A stretch of 64,000 bases of DNA, taken from the NCBI RefSeq assembly GCF_009914755.1, contig NC_060929.1, one strand, 5' to 3'. The notes under the pieces were generated by a model, which was not told where the DNA came from, searched no databases, and saw nothing but the letters and a program-made list of their open reading frames with translations. This stretch comes from the human T2T-CHM13v2.0 reference genome, Homo sapiens. A program made the translations under genes and the position numbers. Below, one piece after another: positions 53,811-64,000 of the stretch; within the stretch, counting starts at the first letter, position 1; every line of letters starts with the position of its first letter.

Positions 53811-55729
53811 AACAAAGTTTCCAAGACATTTAGAATAATGGGATGACTATCCAAAAGAGATTATCTTTGTGGTATTGTCTACAACAGAATCTTCAGGCCA
53901 AAAAATGGTTAGCGGTCCCAGCAGATCCAAAGTAAATTCCAAAAAGCTATAAAAACAAGAGAATGGAAACCACATGCAACTTAATAGAGTCTCAATTCAC
54001 TAAGCAACTCCTGACCAACATGGAAAGCTCAGAGAGCTGTGTGTGTTATATTCAGCTGGATGAATTTTGAATGCTTTTTAAATACCCTTTAATTTGTTGT
54101 TGTTTTTAATGATTCGATTGAGAATTTTTAGGGTCTACTAAAGGAGCATTTTATTTATTACTTAGCACGAGCTCTTTTCTTCCAATTTTCTTCTCTCTCT
54201 GTTTTCTGCCTCTTCTTCCATTACATAAATAGATAGAGCCATGCCATATGTGTAATTTGCTTCAATTTCACTCTTTATCCCCTTATAGAAAGATGTTTTA
54301 AATGGACTATACCAACAGAACTAGAGGTGCTAACTAGATCAAACAGTTAATTCTGAAATTTTTGAAGGTTTTCCCTGACATTTGTTTATGTTGGCTTTTC
54401 CATTTAGTTTCTAGGAAAATTGTATCACTATGACAGTTAATTCAAATCCCAGCAAGACCTGGTAAGCAAATAACTTGCCAAGTTTTAACTAGAAGTACTC
54501 CTTAGCCTTTACCAAAAGAAGGACCAATTTGAGGTGTATTTCTATAATGGATGAGCCTTCTGTCTGAGTATTCCATTACCTCATTCATTTTAAAGTCAAT
54601 TTAGAAATTGTGGACAGTGCCAAATTTACAGCCCTGAGTCCAGACTCCCTTTTTTAGTCTACAAAAGAGTCATTGCATAAGTTGTCATGCTGCAAGCCTT
54701 TTGAGCCAGCTTCACTCCATCACATACTTTTTTTCTCCTGAGGGGCTCAAAGGTTTCAGACTCTTAGGCTATCCAATAATGTAAGCACCATTAAAGATCA
54801 GTAAATCTAACAAAACATTGAATCTCTATCTTATGGGGTATTATCACATACAAACAGAGTGGGTTGGCAAAGGCAACCGAGCTCTAAAATACCCAAGACT
54901 TAAGCCACTGAATATTTTTGTGTTTGCTCTATGATTACAAGTTAGTAATCAGGACGCTCATAAAATATTTAATTTTCCCGATGTTTTTAAGAGCTATCCG
55001 CTGAGAGATTTGTACCCTGTGAAGAGAGCAGGTTCAAGAGATGACAGATTAGACCATCTTCTCTAAGAAGAAATGATGTCATGGTTGTTTAGGGAGTTAA
55101 GCCTATTTGTGTGCATACCCCACCTATAATTAGCATTCTCTGAGGGATGGGCATAAGCATTGCTGGGATAGGATTACCCCTGCTGTTCCACAGTATCACT
55201 GCTATTGTGAGGCTGGTTACATAATTCTGTCAAATGTCCTGAGGCACAAGGGCACAAAGAGCATTGGCCCTACCAGAAGGCTCATTTTTCGTCACACATG
55301 TCCTGCTTTTTGCTGTTTAAGTCTTTTCCCTGCAGTTTTTTCTCCTGAAAATATTCACGTTTCCTCTAGATGACCAATGTGAACTTTGCACGGATATTGG
55401 CTCAGTGATTTCTTGGTCCTAGAGCTTTGGTCAGTAGGGTAAAAGCTAACTGTGTCCACATGGAACTTCAAAATTAGGAAAGATGCATCTGTTTTCAAGT
55501 GCCAGGGGCAAGCAACAGGAAACAAGATCTAGGAACTGGGATTTGAGAGAGGAGTAAAATCGAAGCTTCCAAAAAGAAAATTAAAAAAAAACAAAAACTG
55601 GGAAGCATGTTCAAGGCTCATTTTTAATAAGAGAGAATGGCATAGTTCAAGGAAGCATCAATCTGCTTGAAAGTCTAGAGCTAGGATAGCTGTGTGCCTT
55701 GTATTTTTTTTCCACCTAGTGCTGCTGTT

Positions 55730-56000
55730 TTCATCCCCCACCACGTAACTCAGATATCATCTCTCTGAAGACTTCTGAAACTCTCTTTCCTGACTCTCAA
55801 TGGAATGAATCATTCCCCCCTTTGAGCTCTCTCAAGACTTGTTCAAATTACCTAGTTTGGAACTTATCATTTTAATATAGTTAGCTACAGATTTATCTTC
55901 TTGAGTTGAGGCCAGGTATGGTACTTTATTCCTCTTTATATCCCTAAAACCTAACCAACTCATAAGGTAAATGCATAATTTAGATTAGATGAATTGAATT
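55730..56000 (+). mobile_element. L2 3' fragment
   Basis: cagatatcatctctctgaagacttct...ttgaggccagg...ctttattcctctttatatccc...gatgaattgaat. Confidence 0.55.
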
Positions 56001-57139
56001 CAGATATTACTTGCATCCTCCATGAGATCAGATTATGCATATAACAGGTCACAGAAGCTATAATGAACAAGAGCTTATTACCTATTTGATTAATTCTATA
56101 GCCATCATGAAAATGTCTTAGGATATCTTTGGATTAAAGAGAAAATCTGTTAACAAATTGGGCACAGGAAAATAAAACAAAAAAATTACTGGAATTATCA
56201 TGAGTATATGGATCAAGTGAGGTGAAATTCAGAGAGAAGATAAATTTATTTTCAACAGCTGACTCGAGGAAGAGCGAGTTGGTTGATGGGGAGAAATAAT
56301 TCCATAGAGCCACCTACTGTGGGAGAATATTAAATATCTATGATAATTGTGATACCAATAACTTTCAAAAGAAAGGAATGATATTTATATTACTATAGTC
56401 GCTTCTGTGAAACATTTGGATAATTTTAGTTCAAGGTTTTAATCTTTCTAATTTTCATAGCTTTCATAGTTGCAGTGCCCTGTCATGTTCGAGAAAGAGT
56501 GCTTATTCATAAGAAGCTGAATCTTCATTCTTTAGTCATTAGTAAAAATGGGTCATAGATCATGTCATGTTGTCTATAACCTAGTTATAATTCTGGCAGG
56601 AGGGAATTTTCAAAATCATGATTTCATATAGAAACCTTTAAAAACTCATTAGCTTCTGATAATTATACTAATATCTAAAGCATTAAAATCATGGAGCTAA
56701 TTTCGGCAAAAGATCAGCAGCGAACGTGTTCTGGGGGAAGTTTTCTCTTTCAACTTCCTGGGAACAAAATAGAAGGCAGTTCAGGGCTCTAACATAACAC
56801 CCTATTTCAGATGCAGAAGAGACAGAATTTCACGGAAGCATCGCATCGTGAGTTAGCGGATTCTAAAATGAAAAGCAAGAATATTAGAGCAACATCTCTA
56901 AATGTGACTCTGGGCACTGGAGAAGCCTCTCCACTTGTGATTGATTTGCATTTCTGCCTATGTCTGAATTCATATTCCATAAGCACAGATGGAGGTGTGA
57001 TAGATTTTTTTTTGAGCACATCTATTTATTCAGATACCGGATTCAGTCTCTGAGTAGGGAGATGGTAAAGGCTGCTGTGAGCAGATGGCACATAGGCACT
57101 ATGACTTTAGAAACAACATTCTTTAAAGAGAAGTGGCAC

Positions 57140-57380
57140 CGTAATAATAATAATACTTAGCACATATATTGCACCTTTGGTCTGCCAACATTAACTAATT
57201 AATCTTCAGTAGACCCCTGTGAGATAAGTAAGTGCTTATAATCATCTCTATTATGCAGTCAAGTCAACTAAGAATGTGTCTGCACATACTGTGGAAGAAT
57301 TGGCCCAAGTTAAAGACCGGGTGGATCCAATTTGCATGGCTCTTTAAGATTTCTGCTCTAGTAGCAGAGACTAGTATTTC
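57140..57380 (-). mobile_element. MIR (MIRc/MIR3-like) fragment
   Basis: taataatacttagcacatatattgcacc...ccctgtgagataagt...tctctattatgcag...caactaag. Confidence 0.55.
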
Positions 57381-57889
57381 TAGACACCCTGCTGTTTGAG
57401 GCACCAAGTAGTTTTGAAGCAGGCTATCAACCCAAGACATATTTCATTCAGAAGGTTTGTGCTGCAAGGGTCTAAAACAGGCCTAAGAAAAAGTTGAGTC
57501 ATTTTTTTAAAGCCCAAAGGCCATGCCTGGCCAGAAGCAGGTGTGAAATTACAGAACCTCTGCCTGCTTTTCCTATTTGAAGAAGGCAATTTGCACATAT
57601 CTTTAAAGGATATTTTTTAAAGTGTTGAACAACATTAAGAGTTCAGGGAAGTCTGGAGTTTTCCCTTAGTATTTGCTGCACCTGGGGCTTTTCCACTGAA
57701 GTTGGTTAAGTATGACCTATGGCTTTGACCAGAAATATTAATAACCCACATCAGAATGAAGGGCTGGTGAACTGCTTTATTATGGCATCTAATGGCTTAG
57801 ATTCTGATGTTTTGATCCTTCTAACATAAAGGAGCGAAAATGTCAGTCTTGAGGATCTGAAATTTGGCATCTGCCATGATACCCAGAGA

Positions 57890-58150
57890 TCCCTGCCTCA
57901 ACTGAGAAATATGTAGCACAAAAACCTTTGTAAAATTGGGAGTATTAATACCCCACACACAAACTAATTATGAAGACTGAAGTAGAAAATATATGGTAGT
58001 GTCTTTCCATACGTGACACATGATAGATAAGTAGTAATACTTCAATCCCAAGCTACCTTTTGTTAGCAGCATAATCCTGGACAACTCACAACCTTTGAGA
58101 CTCAGTTTACTCATCTATTAAATTGGGGTTAATTCTACCAACCACAAATA
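57890..58150 (+). mobile_element. Two adjacent MIR fragments
   Basis: tgtaaaattgggagtattaatacc...tatgaagactga, and aacctttgagactcagtttactcatctattaaattgggg. Confidence 0.62.
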
Positions 58151-58359
58151 ACTTAAAGAATCTACAGCAATGTCTATTCCTCTCAAAAGGGTAAGGGGTT
58201 TTTTATGACTATTTTAAAATCTTTTTGTTTTCTATTATAATATCTATTAGAACATGCTTTGCATCTGAAGTCACTAAACTTTACTTTTTAACCTTGGGAG
58301 GTGATCATCTTTGATCTTCTACTTTCCTCTTTTCCATTTTAAATCTGCTCTTGTTTTTG

Positions 58360-58530
58360 CAAGGGATCTCAAACTCAAATGTCTTGAAGGACAAGGGAGA
58401 TAGCACTAAAATATAGAACTGCTAAATATATGACAATGGTCAGTGATGATGCTTAGAGGCAAACTATTGACAGCATGCCCTGATTGTAGCCATACAAATT
58501 GAAAGTCATTTTTAATACAAATCACATTTG
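58360..58530 (+). mobile_element. MER102-like hAT-Charlie fragment
   Basis: Starts caagggatctcaaactcaaatg, with internal ggcaaact...gcatgccc and gattgtagccat as recalled for MER102. Confidence 0.55.
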
Positions 58531-58919
58531 GGGTACAAGTATTTTTCTTGGGTTATGAAAGAGATTTTCCTCCTGACATACCTAGCTCTTCTGTTCCCTT
58601 TGATCAGAGTGCTCTCTTCGTTCACCTCGAATGTCAAAGTCCTTCCATTTAAAAAAGTCCACGTTACATCCAAGCTCTCCCATGAAGTCATTCCTGACCT
58701 CCACAGTTCATGATGATCTCTTCTTACCCTGAATTCACAAGTTTTATCTTCTGAACACCTAATTTGGCATTGATGAATGCCATGTGGTACCTATATTTTT
58801 AACCCACCATAAATAAGTACAATAACTAATAAATATTAGTTATTATAATTGTCATAATATCTTCATCCTCAAGTAGATTTTTTTCCTACTCTGCCTGGCC
58901 CAGAGAAATGATCATAGAG

Positions 58920-59122
58920 ATATCTTACATATTTATAACAATGTACGGTTTGCCAAATGGTGGGGCAACACTTAGTCTTCATCAAATACTTACATGGTAG
59001 TATTAGCCGTCTATAATGGAGGAAGAAATTAAGGTTCAGAAAAGCATAGCAAATTCAACAAGGACACACAGCTAGAATGTAAACCATCAGGAAACAGAGA
59101 GCTTCTAATTCCAAGACCAGTC
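58920..59122 (-). mobile_element. MIR SINE
   Basis: acatatttataaca...tggaggaagaaattaaggttcagaaa...caaggacacacagctag...cttctaattccaagaccagt. Confidence 0.72.
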
Positions 59123-62100
59123 TAGAAGAAGAATTCATCAATGATGGCAAATGTGCTGATCAGCAGCCTTCTCTAATGTAATCCCTAAACTAGGCTTTTT
59201 CCTTCTCTGAATCATACAAGCTTTAATATATATGAATCAGTCAGTAAATTATTAATAAGTCATGTCTTCTAGTTAGATTATAATTACATTGAAGGAAGAT
59301 CTTATACCAGGTATTTTAAAATTTGCCTCTAACCCCTTGCTATAACAATTGGCATCCTTTGAATACCTCATAGAAATTTTAAAAATACGTAACACTTGGG
59401 ATTCTAATCTCAGTTTGACTACACATTTTTTCATGTGACCACTGAGAGAATCAGCAGGTATTTATTGCAATCACTTTATCTGGATATAGAGAGAAAATGC
59501 AACTGCCGATAAAATGATAAACAAAAATACATAATCTCTTGGGCTGTTACTGAATCTATTCCATTTAATCCAGTTATTTTTCTTAGGTTGAAAAAATATT
59601 AAAATATAAGTGAAGTACCTTGGATGATAGGTCTCAGAGTTCCTCTGACAGCCCAACTCTCAGAAATCATGGTATCCTTTGTGAAAGTTCACAAAATATT
59701 AATCAGTTCCATCTCATTCACAATAATTCGCTATAAATGTTGGTCTGTTGTGTTTGGAATTTTATTTTGTTTATTAATGTTAAACTTAGAGTAAAGGAAT
59801 AGAATACAAAGTGATCATCGAGATCACTGGGGTTTATTCCTCAAAAGCTGCTATTTATGGCAAACATTGGTGTATTTGTACTTTAATACTCTTCTCTTGT
59901 TGATTCATTGTTCTCACTAGACTATGGGGAATACTAGACACCAAACCTTGAAAAATAATCATGAGATTAACACTAAAAACTGGGATATTTCAAGTAACAA
60001 TTATTTTTCTAGAAATCTGAACAAAATAATGACTACCTGATTTTGGTAATAAAGTACAATGCACAGCCTATAGAATACCTAGTTGGATGCATAACATCTG
60101 AAAACTCCTACCTGATAAATTAAGATATATCTGAAGTGTTCCTATAGTTTGTCCATTATTAAAAATAGTGTATAAACATGTTTATTTCTTCATTTACCTG
60201 TCATATTTGTCCGTTTTTTTTTTAAAGAGTGCAAACCATGCACACTTACAGAAACATAATTCTTTAAGAACACCTCCTTTCCTAACAAGGCAAATCCATG
60301 TCTGGGGGTTACAAGGAAACTGAAAGTCACAGCAGCCATAGGACAGACACTGGCCATCTATTTTGATGTTACAATAGCTACAGTGGAGTTTAAGCTTTTC
60401 ATGTTTGCCCAGAGTTAAAAGCAGAAATCAAGACAAGTTCAAGAAGGGAAGAAAATTATATACTGTATCACCATATGATATTTTGCTCCCTGACTCCAAC
60501 CCCCTCAACCCTAGATTGAGTCTGGCGAAGGTAATCATTGTGAAGTTAAAGATTTAGAGAGAGAGAGAGAGGTGGAGAAATAGAGGGGTTGAAGATAAGT
60601 CAACAAGAATATTTTTCTTGTCAGCAGTAAAATGTATTTATGAATGCTTCATTGCCATTCTGATGGTGATAGAAGGAGGATTGCAGAAGTCACAATAATG
60701 ACATAACTAAAGGAGCAAATTCAGTTTTCCCTCATTTCAGTAAATATCCCTCATTCATTTTATCCATCAGTTCTAGGAAAGCTCTCTTTTCAGAGCATTT
60801 GTTCTCGGCTCAGTGAAGCTGTACAGGTGGTACTGCCTCAGCAGGAAACTGTCTTCTTGCTGAGGGACCGCCAATTATTTGTAGTGAAACTAAAACAGAG
60901 GAATAAATATTACATGTTGATGGATGCTTGTCAGGAAAGGGAGTGAGGTACTTTCAATGGGGCTTGTCAGACACAAAAACCTTCAGCAAATCTGCATTTT
61001 CAATGGCAAAGTGGCTAGAATTTTCCAGCTGCTTCACTGGTGAACCTCAAGATTTATCTCATAAATTTAAATTATAGATGACATAGCACTGGAATGGAAA
61101 TAGATGACACCTTTAAAAATAAATCTAGTGCAACATTTGGGAAAAGGAATCACACATTTAAAAGGGAAAAAAGAAAGTTCCAATGTGCCAAAACAGAGCT
61201 TTTATTTGTTGTCCTATTTACTATTCTCTGTCTAAAATTAGCATCTCTCTTACTTTTCCTCTTTAGTCCCCTGTACACGACATGCTGTGGAGGAGCTAAG
61301 AAAGTTTTGTGCAATTCAAGGAGTAAGCTGGGTTGCAACTATAACAAAAAGCTTGCCAAGGTTGGGAGCCAAACTGGCAAGGTTTTCTGTTGTGTCAGCG
61401 TTTAAGTATTATTGCAATGTTATCGTATCACTGAAGAAAGGGGAACATAGAAACAGCAGAGCCAAATGCTAAGGAACATTTGAAGGAAAGCGTGTACCTA
61501 GCTTCAATAGAGAGTTTGACTGTATTAGACGGGGCTTAACTTTAATAGGAACCAGTCAATTCAACTTTAATTTGATCATATGAAATAGTGTTTTTAAAAA
61601 TTTATTCCAGCAGATCTTGATTCCAGCAGTCTTTCCAAATCAGATGATGGTGAAGAATAATAAAGAATATAGGTCTGAAAACCGGCAACATCAGATCAAG
61701 ACTTGCTTGCATTATAAGCAAATTTCCACTGGCCAGAGCAGGGAGAATAATTTTCTCCTGGAGGGAAATTTGAGAGCAATAAATTTGAGGATTTTCCCCC
61801 TTTCATGATGTTATTCACATGTCCAGGTAAAAGTCAATTAAAATTTGGAACATTTGTCATAAGAAACCACAATAGAACTCATGATTTGAGCAACAATTAA
61901 ACCAAAATCGTAAGAGTCAATTGAGAAAAACACACAAATGAGAGCACCAGCTAGAAGCAAAATGAGTTAAATCCAAGCCATAACCTGTTATTAACATAAA
62001 AATGTTTATTGAGGGGGGAACAAGTGTAGCAACATTTTGATCATCCCTTGCAAGATATTATGAATGTCAGGCTGCACTAGATTAGAAGCTTTTATTTCTA

Positions 62101-64000
62101 TTTTTATTTTTTAGCACTACGTAAAAAGCAGAAGAAACACACAGAAAAAAAAGAGCTCTTCCTGAGATAACTTTTCTCACCACCATTGATCATTTCTGTT
62201 CTTCTTTTCAGGTCAGGCATGGAAGTACTCATGTTTGGCTCAGAGGATGTTAAAATTGAAGTGGTTAATTTAAGAGCTTTGCTCAGGTTCACTATTTGCC
62301 TCACTTGATTTCTAATTGCTTGTAGTTAGAAGGAGTCAAATATATTCTCACCTAGTGATCAGTTTTGGTTTTCAAGTGACACTCTGCATGTGGAGCTCAG
62401 AAAAACCAAACACCTACAGGAATGTGTTGAAGAAACCAGATAGCAAGGCCGCCAAGTGACTCAGACTCTGCTTCCATTCCCTAGGGTTTATCAACTTTGT
62501 TAATGGGGCATATGTGCTGAGAATTATATAACATTAAACATGGGGAACATTTCCTGGAAAAAATTTCCATTCTTCCTCAAAGCCAATGCATTGAGAGGTC
62601 TAGTGTCCAGGTAAAACACCACCCTCTAGTGTACATCTCTAAATAATATTGCTGTGACTCCTCTGATGATAATGGTTATGACAGTTGAGAATATTAAAAC
62701 AAGTATTACAATGAGGATCATCTTCTATTAATATGCAGAATGGAGCACATGCAAAGACTAAATGCATAATGAGTGATCAAAATAATTGTTGATTTTCACT
62801 CAAAATGAAGCAAATTGTTGACTAAATGAAATAATTCAACACTGACTTAAAAAAAGACAAAGCTCATTAGTTTTAGGAGTATTTATTGAGTATATAGTGT
62901 GGGATATATGTTGTTCTACGACTGAACAAAGACAATAGTCATTTACGCTGAAAAATGGAAGAAAACTATTCTAAGAGGCGAATGCAGGATACATGAGGGA
63001 TCCCCACGACGCCTGTTTTTTGGAAAATAATATAAATTGCTGGGATCAAGGTGATATTTGATTACCTAAAGAACACTAAAATGTGATAACAGAAACATAA
63101 AAATGTTTCTTGGAAATCCTCAATGTAATTGCCAAATAAAGTGTAAATTCTCCTGTTCCATAAGGAGAAAAACTAATGGACACATGTCTAGATTAAAAGC
63201 TTTTTTTGATGTCATATAGCCAGATTCCAAGTGAATCAAAGGAGTAGATGGAACAGCTGAAAGTATTCTACACCTGGCACGAAGAGTGTTGAAAAATCCT
63301 ATAAAGACATTTTTGTCATTGCTCCTTCTCTCTTTGTACAGAGCTCAAAGAAATTTAACTCTTTTGTCAAAAATATCTGCAGCTCCTTTCTACACTCATG
63401 AATCTCTCAGAAAAATTTTTTTTCTTAATCATTTCTGATCTAAACTGTTGGATGTAGAATTGGCCTCTGCATAAAAGTGTGAAGTATTTAAGTGGTAAAA
63501 TTCTGCCCATAGAACACACAGTGTAACAAATTCATACATATTTTCTCAAATAATATTTTCAAAATGCATTACTGAAATTCCTTCTTTGGTATTTTCCAAT
63601 GGAATCAGAAAAAGTTTAGGATTTCCATCTACCAAAAAAATCATTGCTCATCAATGTAATCTTTTAGCTATCAGCAAGTTATTTACACTTTTGCTATGAG
63701 CGAATCTTTTCTCATATACCCACAATGGTGATCTAACTGCTTCAAAACATTTTTGGAAGTAGTTGGAATTTAATTAAATACTTATGTATGTATGCATGTA
63801 TGCACTCTAAGTTTTCATGTGTACATATAGTAAACATCAGCTAAATACAATGTACTTAGGTTTAAAAAAAATCCCCTAAAGGAAAAAGATAGTAAAATTG
63901 CCCTAGAATTTGTCTTATTTTTACAGCTAAGAAAGAAATCCAATTCATTAACACCCTGACTCTGATTCTAACTAGGTATAGGAGTTGAGAAAAATAACTT

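Noticed and set aside
60836-60865. Iron-responsive element
   Set aside because: Neither strand has the CAGUGN loop with a bulged C.
63927-63975. 49-nt exon candidate (tttttacag ... TAG-gtatag)
   Set aside because: Weak donor, no recognisable peptide, and it sits at the window edge.

Overview
AT-rich, CpG-poor primate (most likely human) genomic DNA, either intronic or intergenic. I could not recognise a protein-coding exon, RNA gene or CRISPR array. The supplied ORFs come from Alu, L1, LTR or microsatellite sequence, or are chance ORFs. A large part of the window is retroelement and DNA-transposon fossil. This includes a full-length decayed L1MA-type LINE (about 9.07-17.24 kb) nested in an older L1, further old L1M/L1ME tracts, ten Alus, MST and MLT1 solo LTRs, MER63- and MER102-like hAT elements, and many MIR and L2 fragments. 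I found no convincing novel biological system. The most interesting structures are four. First, a 35-bp insertion at 38.8 kb that copies an NR-half-site plus forkhead motif from 459 bp upstream, with microhomology at both junctions. Second, a twin-primed, 5'-inverted L1PB with an internal gap of about 3 kb. Third, two non-repetitive CpG-retaining patches at 36.0-36.2 kb and 56.7-56.9 kb, carrying a hairpin plus CArG box and micro-exon signals respectively. Fourth, a G-U-biased hairpin at 60.8 kb. Subfamily names are from recalled consensus sequences, not a database run, and boundaries of old repeats are approximate.
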